Of a stretch of DNA of 64,000 bases, positions 38,670-53,517 are shown one piece after another. Location: contig NW_002060946.1 of NCBI RefSeq assembly GCF_000150275.1, forward strand, positions 7,297,855 through 7,361,854. Direction: 5' to 3'. Each line of letters starts with the position of its first letter. The first letter of the stretch is position 1. Source of the stretch: Trichoplax adhaerens (Eukaryota > Animalia > Placozoa). The notes under the pieces are model-generated. The model had not been told where the DNA came from. It did no database searches and saw only the letters and a list, made by a program, of their open reading frames with translations. Made by a program: the position numbers and the translations under genes.

Positions 38670-40923
38670 TTTTTACATCACTCTTGAAAATCGCTTGAAA
38701 TCGTCTTAATAATTTCTACTAATGCTGAATGGAATCAGTCAAAAAGATTGAAAAATAACTAGGTCGTTATGCAATAATATGGTAGTTTAATTGCGTCACA
38801 CAAACATAAAGATGGTGTTAAAAGTGATGTCTTCTAACTTGTAATTAATACTAAAGAAATTTATCCAACATATCGATTCAAACCGTCAATTTCGAGGCAG
38901 TAAGTTAATAATACTTTGTTATTGCACTTCTATCCGTTAACACCGTCCAAAGTCCTCAACTCTTCTAAGGGATAAAAAGTGTTTATAATAAAAGAAAATC
39001 TGTTTCCGTTTATTTTTATTATTCTATTTGCTAGATAACAATGACTTTAATTATATAAAGTCTTTTTCGCTTGATGGATTTAATTAAAATACTGTAGATA
39101 AAATAATAGTTGACACACAATTAGGACTCTTCTTTGACGATATATAGGTATTTAGAAAGGTTTATTTTTCTTTCCTATATGCTATTTTATATCTTTTGGA
39201 TACAGTACAATGTATGGTAGCAAGGAAATTAGATTTCTTTGTTGGCAACATACGCGTAGGTTTTTCTTTTATCTCTAGGGTTGGTAATTTTACACTTGAT
39301 CCCTTGATTGATTCTGGATATTTAAAATGTCTATCATTATTGTCACAGTTAACATGGCGACTGCCAATAGGAATAGTGCCCAGCAATTTGTTGCTTGTAT
39401 GATGGCGAATACATCTTGCTATGTAGACTTTAGTTTTGCTTACCTTGGTGAATCAGGATGAGTAGCTGATTAATCATCATAATTGTTGTGCATTGATAAT
39501 TTTAACTAATAGATGGTGATGGAATGTCTCCAGAATGACTTTTACATAGCATCTTTTTATCATAAGACGACCTTCTAGGAATGGACTAATAACAATACAT
39601 ACTAGACCTTTTGCATATTTTAAACATAGAATTGCATACTTTATAGTTTTATATATTAGTTGAGATACCCCTTTACAATAAAGGGATAAAAAGCAGAAAC
39701 TTATACCAAGTGGTCATGCTGTGAATTATTGGTAATTATATATATAATTGTATAATTGGCATTGATTTAACTTTGATATTAATTGGCTGGCTTTCAATAA
39801 AATTTCGCATCATAATTTTGTTGAAGAAAGACTAGTAGATGCCAGGGAGATAGTCCATTTTTACAGCCGTGCTGTAGACTTATCCAGTTATAGTGTTTGA
39901 ATTCTTCGTAGTAATGCCATTTCCTGGTCATAATTTTTTATTTGTAGTAGTAATAATCATTTAGAATTAAATTTAATTACAGTATTTACTTAAAGTGATA
40001 ATGTACTGATGACTATCCTTACAAAATATGCTATAGTGTCATTGTTTTGATGAATCATGCGAAGTAACTAATCGCCTATTCTATTAAATGATAGTAAATC
40101 TCTAACTATCTCGTCTACATCATCTGTGACGCTATAATTATACCATAGTATTCGGCCGTTGGAACTGAATTATTTGGTGATATAGCTAATCTCGCCTCTT
40201 TAAGTTAGTAAGTGGCGTTCTCTGCAAGGATTGGCGTGTGTAGACTACTTTGTCACTAGTGGTGTGTGACATCAATATAACTTTAGAAGAATAGTTTTAA
40301 TTTGTGTGCACCAGGAGTTTGTGACAAGACCATAAAAGGCTAGTGCCTGAATACTACTTTTTAGTTAGTTAGTCGGTTAATTAGTCGATTAGTTAGTCAA
40401 ATAATTTGTCAATTGCTATTGAATTGCCAAGACTATAATCTTCATTATCAAGATTTCTACAGCAATAAATAGTAGTAATTCTCTGAATACCTCGTCTATA
40501 CTATCAGTGAGGCCTTTAACTATCCTTTAGTATTTGGTCACTGGAACTGATCTAATAAAAAATAATGAATAATTTCACATAATGTCCGATTCAGATATCA
40601 TTATTGAATCATACTTTAACACTATCCAAGGAATTTAGTAGAGAAACCATTGAATGAATGAAGAGAAATTGCTTGCTTTATTTAATAACATTCTGCATTA
40701 GTATGTTATATTGATGCAGTATACGACTTTACAACTATTTTAAGATATAATAAAATCAATTAGAACTTCAACAGTTACGAGTGCTTATAGCTTTGATAGA
40801 ATATTTTGCTTTCTAGGTAACGAAGATCAGACATGAAGCTGCATTACTGCCTTCATATTATGTCAGTATTAAAAACTAAGGCAGAAACCATCAGCTTTTG
40901 TAGTTTCTAAAAGTATGTAAGTA

Positions 40924-43900
40924 TTAATAAGGAGGAGGTAATCCAGATGGAGATTTTTCGTTACTCGTATCGGTTGGTTGAGGGTTCATCATTGGTGGCG
41001 GCTGCAAAGGGGCTCCAGCTGGCATATTTGGATTAGCTATGATTGGTGGTTGTTGTATGGGTTGATTTACTTGATACGTTACTGTTAAGTAAAGGTTTTT
41101 TCATTAATTAAGTTGAATCTATTGATGCATTAGGAAATTACGTTCGTATAATAATTAATATTCAAATATTTGCCGTTTACTAAGCCATGTATGAATTGAT
41201 CTGACTCTTTTGATTAATTATTTATAGCACGAAGGGATATCATTTTGAATGTTAATATGCATCATGAGAGTTTTATTAGTAGCTACAACATTACATCATG
41301 TATAGATAACATGAAGCACTGTGAAATAATTTAAAGTCTATTAAACTAAATTTGCCTTTATAAATACATCCATACAATATTGAAATTTGTTTCGATTTAA
41401 ATCGATATATTCGTCTGGAAGAAAATAAGATCTTGATAAATCGATATACTGACCTGGTTGAGTTCCGGTAAAGTTGGAGTACTGGCCTTGACTAAATTGA
41501 CCCTAAATAAATTATATTTTTTAGATATAAGTAGCCGAATGAGCTTAGTAGGTTATATCTTGCATAATTAATTTAATGAATTGAAGTCTGAGCTGCAAAT
41601 ATTAGTAGTAGCACTTATCGCTGTTATTTGATTATATAGTCAAACGTCCTGTATCACGCACTGAACAAATTTAAAAATATGTGCCATGAAACCGAAAGAT
41701 TGGCTGGTTCACACGAAATGAATTAGTGATAAACTGAAATTATAGCATTTAAAATATCTCTAGAATAGATTTTCGATGATAATGATTTTGGTAGCACTTT
41801 TATTTATTAGACGGTAAATTTTTATAATAAAATATATAGGTGTCAGACAGTGTCATAATTTGGATGAGTGGATGTTATTAAGAAGTAAAAGCTATGGAAT
41901 TACTTACGCTTGATCTGCAGTAAATATGTTGTGATAAGATGATGATAAATGCTAAAGTCAAAGAAAGCGCAAGTAGTGAAAAGACCAGAGAAATCGCTCC
42001 AAAAAGTGCACCATAGGTAGCTAAACTTGCAATTGCTAAGCCCAAATGCGGAAACGAGAAAATAAATCCAATAATATTGAATGCATAAAAGGCATGCGTC
42101 TGTTGGTATTGATATATCAACGATGAAATATGTTAGATAAAAATGAAACATAAGACAAAAAAAAGTTAGCTAGTAAGTAAATAACAGGTGCAGATATACT
42201 CTGCTTACTATGGAAATATTCGTGGGAGATTTTGTGTGGGATATACCGAGAATTCCAGCAATGAGGTACTAGAAATTATTTGAGGAATAAAAGTAAATAT
42301 AACCCTACTTGAATATTACTTAGTCAAAGCAAACAATAATTTTTAATTATAATGCTGTTAAGACATTGAATGTCTAATCAGACTCACTAGACTATGTTTT
42401 TGAGAAGTGACGTATTCATGCAATATAAATCATAAGTATTGTTACGAAATAGAAATTTAGCGATCCGTTTAATATGCTCAACCATTAGCTCTAATTCATA
42501 AAAGCTTCTGCTTGTTTAATGACTAAATGTAGATATATATTTTTGTTTTAAAATTGTAATTTTGAAGATTAGAGTTAAATAACGCCGCTAATAGAATCCC
42601 TTCTTATTTTATGCTGTTCATCGTTAACCTGATTATCTCTTTCATTGATGTGATAAAATATTTACTAGTATTCGTGGTATTTCGTTATATAATGTTGGAA
42701 GCGTTGTTTACTACTTATAACATTACTAATATCTATGCATACTGATTTCAGTATTCAATCTCTATAGAGCTCTTCCAGCTGTACTACAAGAAAATCATGT
42801 AAGAGAAAATTCTTGGCAGTACTACTTTAATGAGTGTGAGCGCTGTATAGTTACGATGATAAATGTGTTATGTCACCTTTATTTATTATCAAGTGCATAA
42901 TGTAAAATGAAGTGATTGAATTATTATGAACTGAATGAAATTGCAATTTCTAAACTTTATTATAACGGATTAATTAATAAATGGCTCCTTAAATATTGCT
43001 ATCATATACTACTATTTTACGTAAATTACATATGACTTACATTACACTTTATTCGATGGTAGCGGTTTCTCTTCAAATTCATGAAGGTACTACGTTGCCT
43101 AAATTATTGAATTTTTTGAAAGTATTGTTGCTCTCAGTGTTTCAGTATTATAGCTCACTGAATAAAACTGTTTTGCCGATTATAGTCCTGTGTGTCTCTT
43201 GGTCTTGTGCTTTCTAGAAGGTTAGTTCTTAGGCATTATAGTAGCAGAACTATATTCTTGCTAAATCTTACGATAGATTAAAGTAGTAATCTGAAGAAGC
43301 AACTAAAAGAAAGCACTTCATGTCAGACTAGTCAACGTGTCAGGAGGCAGTCGGGGACAACGTGCGATGCGATATATCAATGTCCAGTAAAATAAACTCC
43401 TTTTGTACAATTAAATGCTATAACTTCACGCTAATAAGTTTGATTGTGAATTTATGATAAAGTAAAGTAAAACCCTAGCTAGTAATAGAATTCGCAGGAA
43501 TCCTTTGGACTGCAATTTTAAATAACAAAGATATGTATTGTATTTTTGAAGCAAAGATAGAAGTTTCTTAATTTAATTTTGATAAGTTGCCTGAGCTATT
43601 AAATAATTCCTGATAACGGCATATTGTAATAGTCTCGATATACGATAGTAGTTACAAACTTTGATTTACTCTTTCATCAATAACCGGATACAGATAGAAT
43701 TGTGCCCTATTATACATATCTAGATTGTAATTACGAAAACTTAATAATGAACGTATATAGTATTTATAGAATATGCTGATATTTTATGGTAGCATTCATT
43801 TGCTATAATGAAAGGTAGCAAAATATGCTAGTATGAAAAAACGTTAAAAAAATGTCAAAAAACTAAATCTTTTCTTATATTGGTATGTTGTAATTTAATC

Positions 43901-44537
43901 CAAATTTTGTTATTCAGTTCTATCCAAAGCTATTTTAGATCTTAATTATTTCATCTTCGTGATAGAAAAAGTTTACTTAAGTAGTACACTAAAGTACTAT
44001 AATCAAAAGTATCTTACTTTTAATGCTGGATCGAATTTAGCTTATTTCATCTGCTCATACCGTTTAGATTATTGATCATTCGAATAGATTTTATCGTTTC
44101 TCGATTAATCTTTATATGTAGTAGATATATATGAATATTATAGTATTCTGTAGGCATTTCAAACTATTCACAGGGTAACCTTTTTGAATATTTTTTTAAT
44201 TTAATATTCAATTTCTAGTTTACAGATTAATTAGTTTGGCACCAAGACTTTTAACAAGCTCATTCTCAACATATTAAACAAACGGGTTTATTCTTACAAA
44301 TAATCCGGCCCATATGTTCACTCCAGTGATGGAAATTAGGGGAAAGTTCGAGACAATGATAATAATTATACCAAAGATGAAACAGCACGAGCCAAGAATA
44401 GTTAATGTTACAGATATGCCAAAGGTAGGTCTCTGAAGACTTGGTGGTACAGTTATTGGCATAATTTGCTGTTGTGGTGTATACTGTGGTATACCCTGCA
44501 CTCTGGGTTGTTGCGATGTGTATGGGGTAGCTGCCAT
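40924..44537 (-). CDS. CD20/MS4A-like four-TM protein, copy E (~232 aa)
   Basis: Exons 44537-44298, 42268-42209, 42099-41908, 41502-41454, 41081-40924 (699 nt). GVNIWAGLF|YLIAGILGI..|THAFYAF..FSFPH..ILSQHIYC; ends GLPPPY*. Confidence 0.88.
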
Positions 44538-47500
44538 TTTGATTACAACTTCCAATCAGTTTAATCTATATATAAGAAGCAAATAGAATAGCTAGCATTA
44601 TTCAAAGTAAAGTACTAGAATCTTAAAAGTCGATCTTGAAGTAGTCTAGGTAGCATAAATTCCGCTTGTAGTGTCATTGATATAAAGAAAGAAAGTGACT
44701 GCAAATAACATTTTATTTTTAAATTGGATATTCTTATTCATTTAGATTAGAACTTACTAATGCTACAATAGTTTTTACTTCTTGGTGACTATGTGCTAGA
44801 TGATATGTTGATAATCGTCAGATTTATAGAGTAATAGCAGGATTAGAAAGTTACTTTAAAAACGCTTCATATACGTATTAAGGGCAGCGTGTAATCAGTC
44901 TACGCCTATTTATTCATCGCTATTTAAATATGGTATGGTATAGTACGGAGCTTTACGGTCATTAAGTTCTTTATTCTATTCTACGCAAATTAAGTAATGT
45001 TGACATTCAGCACCGTCCTGCTACTGGTTAGAGATGACAATTGCTAATTGAAGAAACTTGAAAAAACTTTATTAAGAAACATTTTAGAGGCTGTCATTGG
45101 TCAATAATGCATTTAATAATATGGTGATGAACGAAGTAGCTAGTCTTGATAATGAATTATTAGCAATACATAACAAATGATATTCTATCCTTGAAACAGA
45201 CTTTGATATGTACTTCATAGATAGAATATTGTTTGCTTCAAAAAATAAGATAACTTCGCAATCAAAATTGGAGTAAAATTTTTATACTTGCAACCTCATT
45301 TAGACAAGATTATGGTTGATGTATGGAGGTTTGAATTTCGATCGTAGACTGTACTGCTAATGCAAACTACGAATCTGCTATAGATCCATCGTAAACAATT
45401 AGGAAAGGCAGAACATGCATATATTTTTGAAGCCGTAATCTGTTAATTGCTTTGTTTTGGGTATTCTGCATAAGTGAATGGTAGAAAATATAATTGTTGC
45501 TGGATATCCTTTATTGCGATTCTGGCCTACTTTCAGAATCACAGACATGATATGCAGCAGTTATAGTGCTGAATGCTAGGTAAGAGAAAAAGTTGCATTA
45601 CTAGAGTTAAGACTGGAAATTGTAATAAGACTTTAGAACTATCCACGATGAGGAATATTATCCATTGTGATTTTAAAGTGGCAGGTTATGATTATATTGT
45701 CGAAAATATTGTTCTAATCGCCGAATTTTAGTGCTTGAAGATCAATTACTGGATTTTCAACCGTGCTAGAACAGTTGTAATAAGCATCCTTAAGCAGATT
45801 CTGTTTGTACTTTTTCTCTTTAAGGAAATTTTGCTGTGTATGCAGCCTCAGATTTGCAAAAAATACTATTTCGATAACGTGATAGCCTAGATTATTATGG
45901 AATACAATAATTTAATAATGTAATGACAGTTAAGGACATTAGCAGCTCTTTAGTATCTAATAAGGAAAAAAAAGCTCGTAGCATGCCTCGCTGGAGTAGT
46001 AGAAGAAAATTCCGATTTAGGAAGAGCTACTGTATAACTCATGCACCTACGTGTAAAGTGATCCTATTTTAAGTATTGAATTTAGTAATTGAGGATTTTT
46101 GACTTTAGCCATTCTATTGTATTTAATCAGCATAGAAATATGTACGTGAGGATAGGTCTGTATAAAGCATTCGACCCACATTTTTAATGGCTCAGCTGAG
46201 CATGCTTCCACACTTGTAGTTTGCTGATATTCATCGTAGATTCAGAAATTACGCTAACTAGCTTCGTAATACCCATTGTAAATGCATTTAGTCTATGTTT
46301 GTAGCCTATCAGATCTAATTGACAAACATAATTTATATTAGCGATGCCTCATGATCTTGAGCTTGAGCCTGTTTTGCACAAAAGAAGTAACTCATTCATA
46401 CTCAGAGAGCTTTTTTTGCGATATCGTTCTGATTAAGTATTTTTAGCGCTGGTTAAAGATAGTAATGCTACGTTGATAGTTTATCATTCCTTCTGTGGGA
46501 TGTTGACTAATTTATTATGAATTGATCTAGAGGGCATAGATTGGTTTAATACGCTAGCATTCATAATGCAGATTTAGTATAAAAAAGCAAGGACCTAAAT
46601 TCACCAGATTAACAATGGCAATGGAGTTACTCAAAAAAATTTAATTTGAATTGTTTTATCTGATGTAACTTACATAGGTTAACGAAAAAGGAAACCCAAA
46701 TGAAGGTACAAAATTAAATTAAACTGCGTCCAATGAACTTTTTCCTCCTATCTGAAATTTTGCAATTCCTTTCATAGTTAACTTGAAGCGTATTATTAAT
46801 AGTCATTGTAAGGTAATAATAAGGAATATATAAATAATGATGCTCATTATAGACTGAAATTAAATGTTAAAAGCGACCTTGGAGATCAGTTTTATTAGAG
46901 TTTTGTCAACACTAATAATGTAAACTTATATAACTAATTTAGAACTATTTGATGGAAAAAATTATCCATTCCATATATCTCATGTAAAGAGTACAATCTT
47001 TCCCGCCTTGTACGGGTAAACGTACCATTAAAATCGGCTGTTTGATGCTTAAAATACCCCTATATTGCATAGAGAGAAAGGTATTTTGAGAAGGAAGTGC
47101 TAGAGAGATATCCTTATCACGGTCTGTTATTTCACGAAGTAACAATATATGAGATGCATATCCAGTACACATTATGTGTGAAAATAAAATCTACGTTTGG
47201 ATCTTTGATGCTTTGGAGGCAAATTCGAAATTAGGCTAAAATATTAGTAAGATTCTGTTCTGTACTGGCAGCTAAATTGGCAATTTCTAATCTTTATCAT
47301 GCTGAGTAGGCTAGCAGCGTAAAACTTGAAGGAAATGAGAGATTCAAATGTCTGTAATTCGTTTGCCTTGTGTAAATCAATCAATGTTAGAGGACACTAT
47401 TTAAACAGGCTTTTTTACACTGAGAGAGGGCTGCTTTAGAGCCATGAAAGGAAAATAGGCGCAAGCAGATTGCGACTACAGCTGTTCATTTAAGGCAGTT

Positions 47501-48216
47501 CCTGGAATAAGTATAAGATTGGGTTTGATAGTAAATTTACCAGTTCATTTTTTGATACATTTAATAAGTACTTAAAATTTAAAAGTAAACTGAAACGTTG
47601 CATTTTGCTATTACAGTTTTCCAAAGTCGTTGGACTGAATCAGCATGATAGGCTGATGATTTGTACGAAAAGAGCTGCCAAACATAAACAGCTTTTAATA
47701 CTTGCCTAATTAATTATTAGTCTTGTATTATAGGAACATTTTGTGTATTCTCAATTATATACTGTAAAAACATAAATAGCATCAGAATTTTGTTAGTATC
47801 TTTAGCATTATCTTCATGAGCTATTTGAAATTAGCTATGAGCTTAGTTCTTAGGTATAAAACTGTATCTATAGTGACACCAGAATTCTCAAATGCAAACT
47901 AATGCGATTAAACGTTTTACTTACAGATGATGAGCAGTAAACTTTGCTATGTAATAGTCACACTAGTAGTACTTCCTCACGTTACTTCACGACAGCTTAC
48001 ACGGTGATCTTGCATAACTACCGCATTCTACATCTGTTACTATCTAAAATTAAGTTTTCTCTTTATTAAAACCCCTTATACAGTTTCTGTAAATGGCTGC
48101 TAAGTCCGCATCCGCTGACTCTTCGAACTCTCCATCATAATAAGGCAACATGAATAAAGTACAATTTAAATTAAATATAGCTATAAGCTGAGGTATAAAT
48201 TTTGGGGAATATCTTT

Positions 48217-50054
48217 TTATTTTCTTATGTCTGGCAAAGGTTGTAGTTTATGTTTTGGTGGCTCTCCTAGCAGTGATTGCCCTTGCGGTTGCTGTTGTGG
48301 TGGCGGTTGTGGTGGCGGTTGTGGTGGCTGTTGTGGTGGCTGTTGTGGTGGCTGTTGTGGTGGCTGTGGTGCTATTTGTTGTTGCAATATTTGTTGCTGG
48401 GATATCATTTGAATGCCAGGGCTACCAACGCCCGGTGCTACTCCTGTGTTATAATAAACAACTCCAGATACAGGCATATTTATTGGTGTCATCATTACTG
48501 GTTGATGATATCCAGCAGGGTTCATGACTTGTACTAGAAAGCAAAAAACTGAATTAGCTTGAATACTATAGATATAGATAGGTTCACTACATTTATTGTC
48601 CGTAGTTCGGTTTTGTTGGACTTACATCGTGCTCTAATTCGCATATAAACGCAAATGAAATATTTATAATATATTTGCACACTAATCGGTTGTACGCGAT
48701 ATCATTGCAATATGAATTGATTATTACTATTGCAAAGAGTTTAAAGGATTAAAACGCACCATTTTGTTGTTGTGCAGGATGAACAGTTGATTCACTTGTT
48801 AAGCAACACTGAGGGAGAAAAATAAAATCATATTCGTGATAGAGGAAAATTTTGACCAATAATTGTATAGAAGAAAGATTACAATTCGAGATATACGTTT
48901 ACCGTATAAGAAATTATGATTAAATATAGTCTTGAAGTTTGTGAGAAAGCGAAGTATCAGATATGGACTACTTACATCACCATTGCAATATATTTGGTGT
49001 GATAGAATGATAACGCCAGCCAAGGATAGAGGAAGTGCACAAGCTGATAGAACGGTTGAAACGATAACATACCTTAAGCTATTGGAAAAGTAATGTATGT
49101 AGGCATATGAAATGCAACTGAACGTAAGCTGAAAGATTGCTGCCGCAAACGAAAGCAGGGTAAAAGCATAATAAGTATGCATCTGGAGAAGAAATAGTCA
49201 ATAATAGATTATTATCAAATCGAAATTTAATCCCACAGATTTTTTGCATAAAGAAAAAACTATCAATGTAATCTATGACTTCATAAACTAAATACAGTAA
49301 TGATACAGAAAAAATTAGATTTCCTAAAATGATTTGAAGGAGTAAATCATGATGAAGTAGAGAGTTTATCAATATATCTAACCTAGTGTCTGATTAAGCT
49401 GATGGCTAAGAGTTAACTAATATAGCTATACTGTAAATCTTACCAAATGAGGGTTAATGGTGATTTTGTATGTCAGAATCCCAAATGTGCCGGCCATAAC
49501 AAACTATTAGATATAACATGTAAATCTTACTTACAGATCATTTAGAAGCTATGCACTGACTGCAGTGGCAATTGCAGTAATATTGCGTCCATTTACTAGT
49601 CTACTGAATATTTCAGATTCTGAAATCATACTTCAGCCCGATATTGGTATAATTCTATTTTTTTATACTTAACGCAAGTCTGATTGAAAATGTGTATTTT
49701 AATCGCAACTTGAATCGATATCCTAGTATTATATTTATTAAATAACATTATTTTGGACTATTACTTTCATGGATTTGGCTTAAAAATTCTGTTACTTACA
49801 AAGACTCCGCTAACTATGTTTATGCCAGTACTTAGGATGAAGAAACGATAATCAACAAGTGCATAGCCAATACACCCCCAAGCTAAGGAAGTTATGCCGT
49901 AGACAAGCATAATAATACCTAAGTAAAAAGAACCCTTTTTCATTCGTTCGGGTAATTGATATATCTTGGGAGGTGATCTAGGCTGCATTTGACGTGGTAC
50001 TACTTGTTGAGGTGGTTGCTGCATATAAGTGACAACTTGTGTAGTGTTGGCCAT
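48217..50054 (-). CDS. CD20/MS4A-like four-TM protein, copy F (~295 aa, long PPQQ tail)
   Basis: Exons 50054-49800, 49503-49444, 49182-48976, 48808-48760, 48533-48217 (888 nt). GINIVSGVF|FVMAGTFGILTYKITINPHL|MHTYYAF..ILSHQIYC. Confidence 0.88.
48287..48372 (-). repeat. 12-bp coding microsatellite (PPQQ/PPPQ) in the C-terminal tail of copy F
   Basis: (tgttgtggtggc)/(ggttgtggtggc) x ~6-7; explains the spurious Cys/Gly, Val/Ala and Trp/Leu plus-strand ORFs. Confidence 0.9.
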
Positions 50055-51922
50055 TATTATACTTTATTTATTACTTGTGCAACAGATCCTCAAAGGCAAA
50101 AATTTGATCTAATTATTTTCATTACATGAAAGAAAACGTAGAAAGTTTTGTTCAGTATTAACAGAACAGCAGTATTATAAAGCTAAACAGCGTAATTAAT
50201 ACTAATGAAGTAAATAAAATAGCAACAAAAATTGTAAGTTTTGATAGTTATATCGGTAGTTTATAGCGATTGAAGTAAATTTCTTTACACAGTTAACAAT
50301 GCTAAAGTTTGACTTTGAAGATATTGTAAAGTTGCTTATTATAGGAAAAAAATAGTCCTACTACTTATAAATTTAAAAGGAAACATATTATTAAGATTTT
50401 AGTCGTTAAATATGCCAAAATTGATTTAAGATTACCTTTTAGAACGTTTCACGCTAATTTTATTGTTACTGTTTTCTTTCATCAAACCATCAGAAAAATC
50501 TATAAAAAATTTGCAATAGGGAAAAATCACAAATAATAACACTACGCCGGTGTGATTGGCACGGATGCTGCACAAATGCCCAACCTAGTAGGCGTTATAA
50601 GGGAATTCTTATGCTTTGTTTTATTAAATGGGAAAAAGCGATGTTTTAGACTGTAAGTATGCATCAAAGTAATTTATTATAATCATCAATCTCATCTCAA
50701 GTTCTAAATTATTACGTAAAACAATATAGAAGAATAATGTTGTCATAGTAACAGCTACTAATTTGAATCAAAGTAGTAAACTAATTGTAACTTGCAGTGT
50801 TCCTTAATTGAGTTTATTAGAGGGAAAATGGAAATTTTTTAAATGTATGAATGCTGAAGTTGACCAGTTATTCAAAGATATGTCTGAGTTTTATAGCATC
50901 ATTATGCTGGTGAGACGTTTGTTGCATAAGTAGCTAGTACGAATGATACGATAAAAAATCTTGTTGAAAATGGATGCTTCTGAAGCTACCAAATCATTAT
51001 GATTCGAATTTAGGGGGAGTAGTTGAAAATTACGTCTAATCGAAAATTAGTGGATAATTTGTTATGAGTTTCAGCAATCTGTAGATGTAGAAAAATGAAA
51101 ATGATAATTATACATCATAAGCGATTCGCAGATCATCGTTGGATTATATTTTTACGCTTTCTTCGGATTTAGTGCGATTAGTGTATTGAAAATATGGAAA
51201 GTTTTGAATGCTAAATGTAGTCAAAAATTATATTTCTGAGATGATCAAACTACGTCAATAAAAAAATATGACGTAAGAGTTACGCTATTTCTAATGACCA
51301 TGCCTGAAGTAGTTCAATTTAAGTGTCAAAATTTTCAATTACTATAATTGATTCCACAAATGCTAACTGTAAAACTTGTGATGCGGCGTCTTTTTGATTT
51401 TACATTATCAAGGAACTAACTAAGCTTCATTTATTGCAATATTTGTCACACTGAACCTAATTTCCTTTAGGGTGACATTCATTTGGATTTAGTATCTAAT
51501 GCTCAATGTAATAATTATCATAATTCTAGAACAGATTTCATTCTTTATTAATCATCTTTTCTTTTGCAGTAATTAAGAGTTTAGCAAAACTGCTGCAAAA
51601 AATTAAATTCCAAAATTTCAATGTTATTACTGAATTACATGCATAACGGCGTAAATATTCAAGTGTTGATTTCATATTTTCTGTATGCATTTCTAAGTAT
51701 GGCTCACCTTAATGAACTGTCAATAAAAGAGCAACAAGAGTAATAACCTAATTATCATTTGTTTTTAAACCATAGATAGAATTTTTATCACCTCTTTCTT
51801 AGCCAAAATAAGTCATGATACGAGTTCTACAGTGCGAGCTTGGGAAGTAATGACCTAAATATAACGTTAAGTATAGTGCTAGTATTGTTCTATTGCTAAT
51901 TTTATAATTCTAAATTGGCCAT

Positions 51923-53517
51923 TTAGAAGGCCTTTTCGTTTGAATTACCATCAGATTTGGAATTTATTAATGGTTCCTGTTGAGGCCATGATTGATGCAA
52001 TGGTTGAGGTATGCCAATTGGAGCAGGTTGCGGACCCGCTGGTGTATATTGAGCTACTCCATAAGGTGGTAGACTTGAAGATTGAATAAATACTTGGTTT
52101 GGCCTAAGGCTTGTATGGGTGGCTGAAGGACTTGAACTAGTATATGCATATAAATTTATTTAAATAAAAGGTAATGATTTTACTTCGTCATTATACTAGC
52201 TTATATTTTTATCAATATTAGACAGCCTTCTGATCTGATAACTGTAACTAATTTTATCGCAGTTTTTAATATCTCCATAGACTCAGCAATGTCATCTATG
52301 TGAATCTACTAGGTGTATGTAGATTAAATTAAAGTTATGACAAATAATATACTAACCATTTGTTGCTTGTGTGGGACGAGAAGACGATTCACTAGTTATG
52401 TAGCACTACGTGTAGTTGTTTGCGGTATATTCGAAACAGAAATGGTCAAGATAAATATACAAATCTAACGCTGATCATTTAAAGCTGCTATAATCAACTA
52501 AATTGAGGTGACTAATATACCCTGTACAGTTTGGAAATTATCCTCAATTTTATCGTTTCATTATTACGATATAGAGAAGCAGATATGCTAACTAGCAATT
52601 ACTGAAATCGCTAGTTTGTCTATACTGTAGCATCGAAGAACAGATGATAATCATAGACATTATGTTCTCGAATATGAGATAATATCTGACATTACAACCA
52701 TCGAAAAACTGGCGAATGTAAATTATTGATAATTATTTTGATTACATAATTACTTAAATTACGGTACTTACGTAGCCTTACAATATATATTATGAGAGAG
52801 TACGATCATTGCTGCAAAAGATGGAATAAGACCAATTGCCCCCAAAGAAACTGTTACAACAGGAAACCAGAACTAATAACCGCGGTGGGATGCAATACCG
52901 ATAATACCAAATATTACTTGCATAACAGCAGATACGATGGATAAAAATGAAAAGGCGTAATAGTTGTGCATCTGTGATAGTTTAAATGCAAGTATGAATA
53001 ATAAATTTTGCGTTGTTACTTTGGTAGTGTGCTAGTTACTGACGAAAGGATATGCTAAAGATTCATATCAAATTATCCCGGTAGGAATGACATTAGAATT
53101 AATGATATTAGCTATTCGTTTTTTAATGTTAGGTGTACTAAAAATATTTAGTTTTTTCTTACTTAATGAGGATTGATTGGAATCTTGAATGTTAGAATGC
53201 CGAATATTCCTGCTAAAAGATGCTGTAACAAACGGGATAAAAGCAAAATCTTGTCCAAACTAGTCGCATAGTAAATGTATCTTAATGGCAGTAGGGTATA
53301 TGAAGGTGTATCTATAGACCATAATGAGACCAAGGATACCGATGATCATAGTAATCGAGCCATATACAGTTAGTATTTTTCCTAGAACGTAAGATTTAAA
53401 GCGAAGCTGTTTAGGCAGTTTAAATTCCTTGCGACGTTTTGGCGGTACGTTCGTGTTAGAGACATATTGATAAGTGTTTGCTTGAGCATTTGGTCGGACA
53501 GTTGTCGCTGCTAGCAA
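51923..53517 (-). pseudogene. CD20/MS4A-like copy G, disabled recent duplicate of copy H
   Basis: Start ATG->TTG (53515-17); a ~265-bp deletion removes NLWAGLF and the exon-1 donor; exon 2 (53222-53163) ends in TAA; in-frame TAG at 52873-75; 1-nt deletions at the exon 3 end and in exon 5. Introns and flanks align with copy H. Confidence 0.92.

Noticed and set aside
39162-39402. Opposing short ORFs between copies D and E
   Set aside because: Non-ATG starts, no recognisable domain, no supporting exon chain.
48227-48537. Cys/Gly-rich 'metallothionein/keratin-associated-like', Val/Ala and Trp/Leu ORFs on + strand
   Set aside because: Antisense shadows of the PPQQ microsatellite in the last exon of MS4A-like copy F.
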